DNA of 61,043 bases, filler included, from an uncultured Methanosarcinales archaeon (GCA_964587045.1; 4 parts of 4 records of this genome joined end to end with filler, not necessarily neighbours in it); one strand, 5' to 3'; positions 38,857-48,466 are shown, numbered from the whole stretch's first letter. The notes: generated by a model from the letters alone, not told the origin. Made by a program: numbers and translations.

Positions 38857-39735
38857 GTGAAAGCAATTGATACGGGTATGGGTGTCGCTTTTCTTAGAGC
38901 CTATGGAAGGCTATTCCCAAAGGAAAAGCGACTTGTTGACGATCCCCTTGCTGAGAAAGTATTGACGCCGCTCTACAAATTTTTCTTGTTTCTCATGCGT
39001 TCACCAAAAATATTCGGTCTCATGATGACGTTGGAGAGGAAAAGTAGCGCTGGGAAGACGGGTTGGCTGCTCTGCCGTGTACGGTACATAGACGATGTGT
39101 TACGAGATTGTATTGCGAAAAAGGGTCTCGAATCGGTCGTCAATCTAGGCGCCGGATATGATTGCCGTGCGTATTATATCCCCGGTGCGGAGCACATCCG
39201 TTACTTTGAGGTGGATCATCCCAAGCTCATAGAAAAGAAAAAGGAAAAAATGAAAAAGATATTAGGAAAGCTTCCAGACCATGTTATTTATGTCCCTGTC
39301 AATTTTGAGAAGCAAAGCCTTGATACTGAATTAAAAAAGGCAGGATACGACCTAAAGTCTAAGACCCTTTTCATATGGGAAGGGGTCACCCAATATATTT
39401 CGAAAGAAGCTAATGACAACACTATGAACTATGTGGGGCGTGCCGCTCCGGGCAGCAAAATCGTCTTTACCTACGTTAAAAGGAGTTTTATCGAGGGTAA
39501 AGACCTAAATGGTATTGGAGATAAGAGCATGTATGCCTGGATGGTTAAGGGATTTAAACTGTGGACTTTCGGCCTGGACCCAGCGAAAATGCGCAGATAT
39601 CTCTCAAGATATAACCTCTCTCCCATTGAAGATGTCGGATCAAGAGAGATGAAGGAACGGTATATTAACCAGGTACATCTTGGTCTAGACGTATTTGAGA
39701 TTGAGCGGATAGTTCTCGCAGAAGTTGTGAAATGA
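38857..39735 (+). CDS. SAM-dependent methyltransferase (leucine carboxyl methyltransferase/TIGR00027-like)
   Basis: DP.A, R.RYIDD, VVNLGAGYD.R, FEVDHP, WEGVTQYI. Confidence 0.88.
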   Translation: MKAIDTGMGVAFLRAYGRLFPKEKRLVDDPLAEKVLTPLYKFFLFLMRSPKIFGLMMTLERKSSAGKTGWLLCRVRYIDDVLRDCIAKKGLESVVNLGAGYDCRAYYIPGAEHIRYFEVDHPKLIEKKKEKMKKILGKLPDHVIYVPVNFEKQSLDTELKKAGYDLKSKTLFIWEGVTQYISKEANDNTMNYVGRAAPGSKIVFTYVKRSFIEGKDLNGIGDKSMYAWMVKGFKLWTFGLDPAKMRRYLSRYNLSPIEDVGSREMKERYINQVHLGLDVFEIERIVLAEVVK

Positions 39736-39841
39736 ATCCCGGCGATATGATAACTTTGAGAATAATACCCTTCGGAAAAATCAGGGGAAAGGAAGCGCAA
39801 GCTTTAAATATAATAGTATATAATAGTTATATTTGATTATA

Positions 39842-40042
39842 ATGAACACGACAATATCCATATCCAAGGAAACAAGGGACATTTTAAGAGAATTCGGCAA
39901 GAAATCCGAGAATTATGACGAAGTCATAAGGCGGATGCATAGCATGGTGACCTTGCAGCAAGAGCTCCGGAAATTCGTCGATGAGAATGAGTACTCATCC
40001 CTCAAGGAAGCGAGGGAATGGACCAAGATGAGGATTAAATGA
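39842..40042 (+). CDS. Putative RHH-type antitoxin
   Basis: MNTTISISKETRD.L..FG.K.E.YDEVIRR; ATAA/ATG-type overlap with the downstream gene. Confidence 0.7.
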   Translation: MNTTISISKETRDILREFGKKSENYDEVIRRMHSMVTLQQELRKFVDENEYSSLKEAREWTKMRIK

Positions 40043-40371
40043 TTAGGATAATAATCCTCAACAGCCTTAGGGACGAGATCTGGAAGACCTTCAAGAGGGA
40101 CTCCATGAAGGTCTATGCGCTCATCGCGACGCTCGAGAGGAACCCAAACCGCGGAAAGGTGCTCGGACATGCCGGCGGGATGAGCCTGCGTGAGCTTCGC
40201 TACAAAGGGTACAGGTTCTATTTCATCGTCGATGGGCATAAGCTCATCCTTTTCAATGCCGGAAAAATTAGGGAGCTGCTCATCCGTTTCATCAAAATGT
40301 CGAAGAAGGACAACCAGCAATCGACGATTGATGAGATCAAGCGGATGCTTGAGTTTACCGAAAAAGAGTGA
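40039..40371 (+). CDS. Putative RelE/ParE-like toxin
   Basis: L...P..GK.L, LRELRY.GYRFYF; coupled to the upstream small gene. Confidence 0.6.
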   Translation: MIRIIILNSLRDEIWKTFKRDSMKVYALIATLERNPNRGKVLGHAGGMSLRELRYKGYRFYFIVDGHKLILFNAGKIRELLIRFIKMSKKDNQQSTIDEIKRMLEFTEKE

Positions 40372-40403
40372 GATGCCCCGTCCGGACCTGCGGACAACAA
40401 AGC
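40371..40403 (-). repeat. att-like repeat copy D
   Basis: + strand AGATGCCCCGTCCGGACCTGCGGACAACAAAGC. Confidence 0.9.
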
Positions 40404-40440
40404 ACAGAATTATCCCTAGAACTTCTGGCCACCCGGTTTG

Positions 40441-40481
40441 AAAATCAAAAAGCTCCATACAGTATTAACTGCTGTATGGAG
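40441..40481 (-). terminator. Hairpin plus T-tract terminator
   Basis: 10-bp stem CTCCATACAG/CTGTATGGAG followed on the - strand by CTTTTTGATTTT. Confidence 0.6.
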
Positions 40482-40532
40482 GTAAAGAAGATTCGGGATG
40501 TAATGTTGGGCAATACTTTTAAAGAATGTAAT

Positions 40533-40694
40533 CTATGATAACATTGACTTGTGCAGATTAGACAGGTGCACAAGACGTTGCTTGATTTCAAGTCGTTCTG
40601 ATTGCTTCTTTAACATATCCCTCTCTATTTTCGAAAGGATATACTGCCAATATCCAATTTTATTTTTTATCACCCCTAGATCTAACGTTTTCAT
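40533..40694 (-). CDS. Small hypothetical protein (53 aa)
   Basis: GGGTGGA SD; MKTLDLGVIKNKIGYWQYILSKIERD... Confidence 0.5.
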   Translation of the reverse strand: MKTLDLGVIKNKIGYWQYILSKIERDMLKKQSERLEIKQRLVHLSNLHKSMLS

Positions 40695-40706
40695 TTTTCC
40701 ACCCGA

Positions 40707-40868
40707 CTAATCTCTCAGGTATCCTGCCATGAACCCGGCTTCTTCATTTGATATCATGTCATTCTCACTGGAATCATCAATAGATTCTTGATTATAGAAA
40801 TTTCCGGTGTCTTGATTTTCGTCGGATTCCCAATTGGCATTTAACAGGTATGTTTTCTTTTGAGTCAT
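40707..40868 (-). CDS. Small acidic protein (53 aa)
   Basis: AGGTGGT SD; ends ENDMISNEEAGFMAGYLRD. Confidence 0.7.
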   Translation of the reverse strand: MTQKKTYLLNANWESDENQDTGNFYNQESIDDSSENDMISNEEAGFMAGYLRD

Positions 40869-40869
40869 T

Positions 40870-40995
40870 TCAAACCACCTTATTTAGGAACTGGTTGTTG
40901 ATATGTTCGCGGGACATGACCTCAATGTCACGCTTCCTCTGCAGCTTTTGCATCATCGTAAAGAATCTCAGGTTGTCAGATATTTTTTTCATCAT
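40870..40995 (-). CDS. Small hypothetical protein (41 aa)
   Basis: AGGTGA SD; stop lies 1 nt before the next ATG. Confidence 0.55.
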   Translation of the reverse strand: MMKKISDNLRFFTMMQKLQRKRDIEVMSREHINNQFLNKVV

Positions 40996-41063
40996 TTTGA
41001 TTCACCTTTGAAAATGATACTAGGGCAAAATCTGCCCTAGCCAAAATTTTTCCCCTTTTGTTC

Positions 41064-41183
41064 CTACTCGCTAGGTTTCCCGCAATAAGGACAAATCAAT
41101 GTAAGCCCGATAAGCTTCACCTTCCCCTTATTTTGCTTACCACAATGTTTGCAAATGATCCCCTTAATCGCTGCTTCTGCCAC
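41064..41183 (-). CDS. Zinc-ribbon microprotein (39 aa)
   Basis: MAEAAIKGIICKHCGKQNKGKVKLIGLTLICPYCGKPSE. Confidence 0.6.
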   Translation of the reverse strand: MAEAAIKGIICKHCGKQNKGKVKLIGLTLICPYCGKPSE

Positions 41184-41378
41184 ATATTATAGTTGTGGAC
41201 CGAACTATAACTAGGTATGGTAGTAATAATTGTTAAGGGGGTCGTTGGGCGTTGTTATTTACCTTATGCCCTTACCTAACCCGGCGGTATTTATCATATG
41301 CCAGTTGTTATTTATCTATACTAATAAATTATAAATATGTTTGGTAGTAAAAATTCTCCAAGATTCGGAAAAAAATTG

Positions 41379-41933
41379 TTATTTATCTAAAAAGAATTCA
41401 TTAGATGAAAAGTCTTTATGGTTGAGAATAGTGCCCAATAACCCGATATGGCTGTTCTTGATTATCCTGTCGACGGAGAACGGGTATACGTGGATCAACT
41501 CGATTTCCTTGGAGAATTTGCTCTGCATCCTCATGAGGTATCGGTCCTTTTCATCGATATTCCTGAACCCAATGATCAGCAGGTGCGATATCCTAGATTC
41601 CGGGATGCGGTAGGCGATTATCACTTGCGGAATCTTCTGGATCCTTTCTGCTATCTGTTCCTCTGAATACTTCTCCCAGACGTGATTGGTGAGCTTGATC
41701 CCGACAACGACCAAGGTCTCGATGCCGATCTTCTTGAAATCGATTATGGGCATGTATCCCTTTATGATCCCCACATCTTCGAGCTTGTGCCTGATCTTGA
41801 AGATCGCCTGTTGTGATAAGCCCATGTTTTGCGCTATCTCCATATCAGGGACTTTTGCCTGCTCGATTATCTTCTTCAGGACTTTCTGCTCATTTCCCGT
41901 CAGTTTTGGGATGGTCACGTTTGGCTTGTCCAT
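41379..41933 (-). CDS. Lrp/AsnC family regulator
   Basis: EIAQNMGLSQQA...IR.KLED.GIIKGY...IDFKKIG. Confidence 0.88.
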   Translation of the reverse strand: MDKPNVTIPKLTGNEQKVLKKIIEQAKVPDMEIAQNMGLSQQAIFKIRHKLEDVGIIKGYMPIIDFKKIGIETLVVVGIKLTNHVWEKYSEEQIAERIQKIPQVIIAYRIPESRISHLLIIGFRNIDEKDRYLMRMQSKFSKEIELIHVYPFSVDRIIKNSHIGLLGTILNHKDFSSNEFFLDK

Positions 41934-42016
41934 AACTGCGGGTAAAGCAATCTCATATAAAAAATATTGTTAATGTTGACCTGTCAGAGAGGTCCCGGTA
42001 TCCAGAAAAGGCAAGA

Positions 42017-42030
42017 TGCCCCGTCCGGGA
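42017..42030 (-). tRNA. Probable tRNA 3' end cut by contig break (repeat copy E); isotype undetermined, Glu plausible
   Basis: - strand T-CCCGG-ACGGGGC-A fits last T-loop base, T-stem 3' strand, acceptor 3' strand and discriminator, then a T-rich tract. Confidence 0.55.
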
Positions 42031-42130
42031 NNNNNNNNNNNNNNNNNNNNNNNNNNNNNNNNNNNNNNNNNNNNTTAATTAATTAANNNNNNNNNNNNNN
42101 NNNNNNNNNNNNNNNNNNNNNNNNNNNNNN
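42031..42130. other. Artificial contig linker
   Basis: N-run, TTAATTAATTAA, N-run. Confidence 0.98.
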
Positions 42131-42984
<854 letters not shown>

Positions 42985-43234
42985 TCGTGAGATTCCAGTC
43001 CTGAAGGACTGGCCGCGTCTCTCAATTATGATCCTGTCTGCATCATTGGTCGCTTAGAAACTTTAGGAAATTTTACGTGTTTGCCACATACTTTTGGCCA
43101 ACACATCCTCCACATACTTGAGTCTAAGCTCAAGCATGATAACATGGCCTCAAAAGGCGCATGAATTTGAACCATCGGAGTTGATTAATAGAACTCAACT
43201 GTGTATGAATTCCAGAATGGGGGAAAAGAGCCAC

Positions 43235-43248
43235 GTATTTAAGCTTTT
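43235..43248 (-). promoter_or_regulatory. Probable rRNA promoter (BRE plus TATA)
   Basis: - strand AAAAGCTTAAATAC about 250 nt upstream of the 16S 5' end. Confidence 0.5.
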
Positions 43249-43282
43249 CGGTGGCTCAGGACTGAAAAAATTAGAGGTAGAA

Positions 43283-43384
43283 CTACTTCTTGGCGCGTTT
43301 GCGCTTTTCCTTCTTCATTCGCTTGCGCTGCCACTTCCAGCGCATCTGACGCTTCTTTTTCCAGCGTCTCGAACTTCTCTTCAT
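43283..43384 (-). CDS. rpl41e: Ribosomal protein eL41 (eS32), 33 aa, not in ORF track
   Basis: MKRSSRRWKKKRQMRWKWQRKRMKKEKRKRAKK with the MRWKW..KR signature. Confidence 0.88.
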   Translation of the reverse strand: MKRSSRRWKKKRQMRWKWQRKRMKKEKRKRAKK

Positions 43385-43513
43385 GCATATCATCCGGGAA
43401 AAGAGTATCCCTCCTCGCTAGCGAGTGGTGTGAGGGAAAAGAAAGCTGTTTAAATAGTTTTGTATTTGTTGAGGAACACAAGTGAGGACCGGGCTGACAA
43501 AAAAAATAAATTA

Positions 43514-44125
43514 TTAATTTAACCTTCTCTTCAACTCACTTGCTTTTTGTTGAGCATCAATAAAACTTGATTTTAAATGATCTATATGAAGTTTTAAAGT
43601 TTTCAGCCCTTTCTTCTCCTTCAGTTGCATTTCACCCAATATGTTAACTAATTGTTTATAATAAGTTTCAAGTTGTGATAGGCTATGATTTATATTGTGT
43701 TTCAAAATGTCATTGGCAATATCAATCTGATTATTCAATGAGTCTAATTTATTTCTATCAGTAACCCCGTCCAGTTCATTTCGAATTTTTGAAATGCGAT
43801 CTGAGTGATATTGTAACGCATTATAACAATTGATTAATAATAGATCCAACTGTCGTTTAAACTCCCCAACTTTCACTTTTTCATTAGCAATTTCATTCAA
43901 CCAGGGATCAAATAGCTCCTTAAGCCATTCCTTGTGAACCTTCTGGAGTGTTTTTTCTTCCAATTCATCTAACTCTAACTCTTTCATCAACTGAGCTTTA
44001 AGTAGGGGTTCTTTGTTGAAATCAAGGGAAAGCGCAGCATTATCAGATGCTATACTAGATTGAAATTGCCTAATCTTATATTTGTATTGCTCATCAAAAA
44101 GCCTTAGTATTGTATCATGATTCAA
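43514..44125 (-). CDS. Hypothetical coiled-coil protein, low GC
   Basis: 203-aa helical ORF in markedly AT-rich DNA. Confidence 0.6.
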   Translation of the reverse strand: MNHDTILRLFDEQYKYKIRQFQSSIASDNAALSLDFNKEPLLKAQLMKELELDELEEKTLQKVHKEWLKELFDPWLNEIANEKVKVGEFKRQLDLLLINCYNALQYHSDRISKIRNELDGVTDRNKLDSLNNQIDIANDILKHNINHSLSQLETYYKQLVNILGEMQLKEKKGLKTLKLHIDHLKSSFIDAQQKASELKRRLN

Positions 44126-44242
44126 GAGATCACCCTTTACAAATTTGAAATAAGCTTGTATATATCCTTTTCGATTGATAGCTGTTCTGCAATGTGAGAA
44201 TGTATTGCGATTCGTGCTAATACCACATTAAGAGAAAGTAAT

Positions 44243-44923
44243 TTATTTCTTTCCCTTCCACGCGTTGAAATGCAGCAGCCTCGAGAGCAGCCTGTCGATG
44301 AAGCCCCTGCGCGCGTACTTCATGTAGAAGAACGCGAAGATGGACACTATGAGCGCGCCGATTAGGTTGACTATCAGGTCGCCCATGGTATCGAGCAGCC
44401 CGGACTTTTGCATGTTGAAGCCGAACAGCTGGTCTGCCGCGAACTCGAAAATCTCCCAGACGACACCAGTCGCCAACGAGAACGAGACTGTGAACATGAT
44501 GATGAAGGCAGGTGAGGCCTTGATCTTCCTGGTGTAGAAGAAGACGTAGGCGATTAGGAAACCCACAAGCCCGAAGAGCACGCCGCTGGAGATATGGAGC
44601 ATGATGTCGAACCACCAGTACCTGAGGTAGTACTGCTCGATCTCGCCCAGGAAGAAATGCAGGAACAAGAAGAGGGTCATGACCAAATCGACCTCGGTGG
44701 GCAGGAATATCTTGAAGCGGTGCTCGATAATCGCGGGCAAAAACGAGAAGAACAGCACGAACGCTGCTGTGAACACCAAGAAGAGGTCTTCCTTGATTAT
44801 CGCGAGGATTATAGATATGCCTATCAGCGCTTTGAGCACGAGCGAGATGCCAAACTCGATTGAGTCGAGCATATCGTACTTGCGCAGCTTCTGCTGCATC
44901 AGCAGGTCGAACATGCATACCAA
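44243..44923 (-). CDS. Integral membrane protein (DUF2238-like)
   Basis: WWFDIMLH..SG, WEIFEF..D, DTMGDL..N. Confidence 0.75.
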   Translation of the reverse strand: MVCMFDLLMQQKLRKYDMLDSIEFGISLVLKALIGISIILAIIKEDLFLVFTAAFVLFFSFLPAIIEHRFKIFLPTEVDLVMTLFLFLHFFLGEIEQYYLRYWWFDIMLHISSGVLFGLVGFLIAYVFFYTRKIKASPAFIIMFTVSFSLATGVVWEIFEFAADQLFGFNMQKSGLLDTMGDLIVNLIGALIVSIFAFFYMKYARRGFIDRLLSRLLHFNAWKGKK

Positions 44924-45011
44924 CGCGATTTATAAGGATAAAAATGTTTTGGACCCACTGGGCGGTGGCTTCAACAATAACTATATATAGAGTCCGAGCG
45001 CCCCGCCTCAC

Positions 45012-45476
45012 ATGCGAACGGTCAAGGAGATGGAGCAGTACCTGCATGACACTGCTCAGAACCTCAGCTTCATCAGCACTGAGATGGGCGCGCAGGAGAT
45101 GTACCGCGAACTGATCCAGATGGGCAGCGATCTCGCCCCATTCCCAGAAGAGCTCGCTACAGAGGAGAACAAGGTGTCCGGATGCACATCGCTCGTCTAC
45201 GTCAGCGCGTCGTGCGCCGACGGCAGGGTGACCTACCAGGCGAGGGCTGACGCAGTCATCGTCAGGGGAATGGTAAAAATTCTAGTGGATGCGCTCTCCG
45301 GCCTTGGGCCTGACGACATCGTCGGCCGGACCAAGGAGAGCATCGAGGACTTCGCCAAGACCACGAAGATCCAGGAGAGCCTCTCATACAACCGAGCCAA
45401 CTCGTTCGGCAACGTCTACGCCCACATGGTCAGGCAGGCTCAGCACTTCACCAGCAACTCCGTTGGGAAAGAGTAA
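45012..45476 (+). CDS. sufE: SufE family sulfur acceptor
   Basis: NKVSGCTSLVY, ADAVIVRG, LS.NRANS. Confidence 0.88.
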   Translation: MRTVKEMEQYLHDTAQNLSFISTEMGAQEMYRELIQMGSDLAPFPEELATEENKVSGCTSLVYVSASCADGRVTYQARADAVIVRGMVKILVDALSGLGPDDIVGRTKESIEDFAKTTKIQESLSYNRANSFGNVYAHMVRQAQHFTSNSVGKE

Positions 45477-45502
45477 TAAAGCAGGACCTGTTACTCTAGG
45501 CA

Positions 45503-45646
45503 ATGGCAAAGAACCTAACCCAGGAGGAACGCCTCTCATCAGTCCAGGTCACCCTGGCTACCCTGATCGAGGTGCTCGTCGAAAAGAAGCTGATAACAGA
45601 AAAGGAGCTTTCCGACAAGTTCGAGGCGCTCTTCAAGAAGAAATGA
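45503..45646 (+). CDS. Small hypothetical protein (47 aa)
   Basis: MAKNLTQEERLSSVQVTLATLIEVLVEKKLITEKELSDKFEALFKKK fills the gap in the operon. Confidence 0.65.
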   Translation: MAKNLTQEERLSSVQVTLATLIEVLVEKKLITEKELSDKFEALFKKK

Positions 45647-45652
45647 TCCAAG

Positions 45653-47575
45653 ATGGCAATCACAGAATACAGAGGCCTAATTCTCGACCGGTTCCAGATC
45701 GACTCCATACAGGCGGTCAACCGCGGCCACTCCGTCGTGGTCTCAGCTCCGACCGGCTCAGGAAAGACCCTCATCGCAGACTACGTGATAGACCGGGAGA
45801 TACAGACCGGCCGCAGGGTCATATACACCGCGCCCATCAAGGCCCTGTCAAACCAGAAGTTCAAGGAGTTCACCCAGGCCTTCGGCAAAGAGAAGATCGG
45901 GCTTATGACAGGGGACGTCGTCATCAACCCCGGCGCGCAGATAGTCATCATGACCACCGAGATTTACAGGAACATGGTGCTGGTAGAAGATGCGAGCATC
46001 CGTGACCTGTCGTACGTGATATTCGACGAGATCCACTACATCAACGACATAGAGCGCGGGTATGTCTGGGAGGAATCGATCATCTTCTCAGCTCCGTCGA
46101 CGCGCTTCCTCTGCCTCTCGGCGACCATCCCCAACGCGCAGGAGTTCTCGGACTGGATAAAGGAGATCAAGGGCCATGAGGTCGAGACCATCGTGCACAC
46201 CAAGAGGAGCGTGCCGCTCGAGCGCTCATTCTTCGATTCCGAGATAGGCGAGTGCAACCTCGAGGAGCTTCGGGACGTGGCCGAGGCGCCGGAGTACCCC
46301 TTCAGGAAGCGGAAGAGGAGACGTTTCAAGGCGCAGCCTCCCAACCACGTCGACCTGGTCATGCAGCTGAAGAGGGACCAGAAGCTGCCCTGCATCTTCT
46401 TCAACTTTTCTAGGGCGAGCTGCCAGAAGAAGGCAGATGAGCTGGCCAAGCGGAGCCCGTTCGGCAAGTTCCCCGACAACCTGACCTTGGCCAGGGAGAA
46501 GCTATCTGATGCTCCTGCAGAGGTGGGCAGGCTCAAGACGACGCAGCTCCTGAGGGTGTGCCTATCGAAAGGCATAGGCTTCCATCACGCAGGGCTGCTG
46601 CCAGTGCTCAAGGAGATAGTGGAGGAGCTCTTCGCGCATGGGAAGATCAAGGTCCTCTACACTACAGAGACCTTCGCGGTAGGGATTAACATGCCGGCAA
46701 AGACCGTCGCATTCGAGTCCCTCCGAAAGTTCGACGGGGTAAGCTTCAGGATGCTCAACTCGAAGGAGTACTTCCAGATGGCGGGCCGCGCAGGCAGGAG
46801 GGGCATCGACAAGATAGGGTACGCCATCGCAATGGTGGACAGGAGGGATTTCGACTACGCCAAGCTGCGCAAGATCACGACCAAGGATGTCGAGCCCATC
46901 AAGAGCCAGTTCAAGCTGTCAATCAACACCGTCCTGAACCTGATAGAGCGGCACACACCTGCCGAGATCGACATAATCCTCTCGCAGAGCTTCTTTTCCT
47001 ACCAGGCCAAGAAGCGTGCGGGCAAGAAGCGTGTGATGCACGCCAGGTATGAGAGCATCAAGAAGAGGCTGCAGCGCATGGGCTACCTGAAGGGCATGAG
47101 CCTCACAGACAAGGGGTGGTTCGCCTCAAAGGTCTTCGTGGACGAGCTGATTTTCGGGGAGATGTTCGCGACCCCGTTCCATGAGGGGCTCAGCGACTAC
47201 CAGATCCTTCTCTTCTTCGCGGCCGTCGTCTACGAGCCCAGGGAGCGCGACCATGTGGAAAGGCTCTACAAGGACAGGGAGTACGCTGACCTCAAGAAGC
47301 GCATCGAAGGCTCGAAGTTCTTCAAGAGACACAAGCGCTTCGCTAGCCTCGCGAGGATGACAGGCATCACCCGCCCGCTGTATGAGGGCAGGAACTTCTT
47401 TGAGATGCTCGAGAACGTCTCGCTCTCCGAAGGCGACCTGATAAGGTTCCTTTCGCAGATCATCGACAGGATGGACCAGGTCAAGAAGGCCGGCCAGGAT
47501 GAGGACATGAGGGGCAGGCTCAACAGCATAGAGGACCGCATCAGGAACGTACTTGAGGGCATAACCCTCATTTAG
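45653..47575 (+). CDS. Ski2/HelY-like DExH RNA helicase
   Basis: APTGSGKT, PIKALSNQK, DEIH, SAT, HHAG, QMAGRAGRRG, EGDLIR C-terminus. Confidence 0.93.
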   Translation: MAITEYRGLILDRFQIDSIQAVNRGHSVVVSAPTGSGKTLIADYVIDREIQTGRRVIYTAPIKALSNQKFKEFTQAFGKEKIGLMTGDVVINPGAQIVIMTTEIYRNMVLVEDASIRDLSYVIFDEIHYINDIERGYVWEESIIFSAPSTRFLCLSATIPNAQEFSDWIKEIKGHEVETIVHTKRSVPLERSFFDSEIGECNLEELRDVAEAPEYPFRKRKRRRFKAQPPNHVDLVMQLKRDQKLPCIFFNFSRASCQKKADELAKRSPFGKFPDNLTLAREKLSDAPAEVGRLKTTQLLRVCLSKGIGFHHAGLLPVLKEIVEELFAHGKIKVLYTTETFAVGINMPAKTVAFESLRKFDGVSFRMLNSKEYFQMAGRAGRRGIDKIGYAIAMVDRRDFDYAKLRKITTKDVEPIKSQFKLSINTVLNLIERHTPAEIDIILSQSFFSYQAKKRAGKKRVMHARYESIKKRLQRMGYLKGMSLTDKGWFASKVFVDELIFGEMFATPFHEGLSDYQILLFFAAVVYEPRERDHVERLYKDREYADLKKRIEGSKFFKRHKRFASLARMTGITRPLYEGRNFFEMLENVSLSEGDLIRFLSQIIDRMDQVKKAGQDEDMRGRLNSIEDRIRNVLEGITLI

Positions 47576-47611
47576 ATAATTTTATTAATAAAAAAAAGTG
47601 TGGGTTCCTTC

Positions 47612-48466
47612 ATGAAGAAGTACATCCCCCTGCAGAGGATATTCTCAAAACCTGAGGAGAGCAGGCTCTACCAGTACTTCGACCGTGTCAGCTTCGGGCA
47701 GATATTCCTCATATGGATACTAATCATAATTCTGTTCGGCCTGCTGTACCACTTCTACGCCAACTCAGCAAACTACCTCAAGCCGACGCAGACCCATCTG
47801 CCCATCGACATGATCGACGCCATCTACTTCAGCTTCATCACAGCCACATCGACGGGCTTCGGCGACATAGTACCCATCGGACTGAACCGTGTCATAGCCC
47901 TGGTGGAGGTGATCATCGGCCTTACCCTGTTTGCCATGGTGACTTCCAAGCTGGTCTCCATCAAGCAGGAATCAATACTCAACGAGATATACGACATCGC
48001 GCTGACTGAGAGGATTAACCGCTTGAGGTCTTCGCTCTACCTTTTCAGGACCGACATCTACCGTCTGATCATGCAGGTAGAGGAGGGGAGCATGAAGAAG
48101 AGGGAGAGCAACCTCATCTGGACCAACTTCTCATTCTACGACGACATACTCAACGAGATCAACAGGCTTTACAAGAGCAAGAGGAAGGGCACTTTCGTAA
48201 AGGACATAGACCTCATCAACACCAGGCTCTTCCTCAACAGCATCGACCAGTCCATGTCGAGGACGCTCGAGCTGGTAAACGTGCTGGACCTCAACGAGGT
48301 GGACTGGCGCAGGGAGATCAACCTGACCACGATAAAGGATGTGGTATCGAAGACCCAGTCCATCGTTGACAGGATCGAGAAGGAGGGGGATGAGCTCTCA
48401 GACATCTCCAAGTCCATAAAGGAAAGTATTAAAAGCATCAATGAGCAGCTTGAAGTGAAGAAATGA
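47612..48466 (+). CDS. Two-TM potassium channel family protein
   Basis: YFSFITATSTGFGDIVP pore loop between TM helices. Confidence 0.88.
   Translation: MKKYIPLQRIFSKPEESRLYQYFDRVSFGQIFLIWILIIILFGLLYHFYANSANYLKPTQTHLPIDMIDAIYFSFITATSTGFGDIVPIGLNRVIALVEVIIGLTLFAMVTSKLVSIKQESILNEIYDIALTERINRLRSSLYLFRTDIYRLIMQVEEGSMKKRESNLIWTNFSFYDDILNEINRLYKSKRKGTFVKDIDLINTRLFLNSIDQSMSRTLELVNVLDLNEVDWRREINLTTIKDVVSKTQSIVDRIEKEGDELSDISKSIKESIKSINEQLEVKK

Noticed and set aside
34178..42030. The ~33-bp repeats as a CRISPR array
   Set aside because: The intervals are 1-3.4 kb and contain whole genes; there are no cas genes in the window.
33302..42030. Provirus or integrase-encoding island
   Set aside because: No integrase, transposase, capsid or replication gene is recognisable in this stretch.
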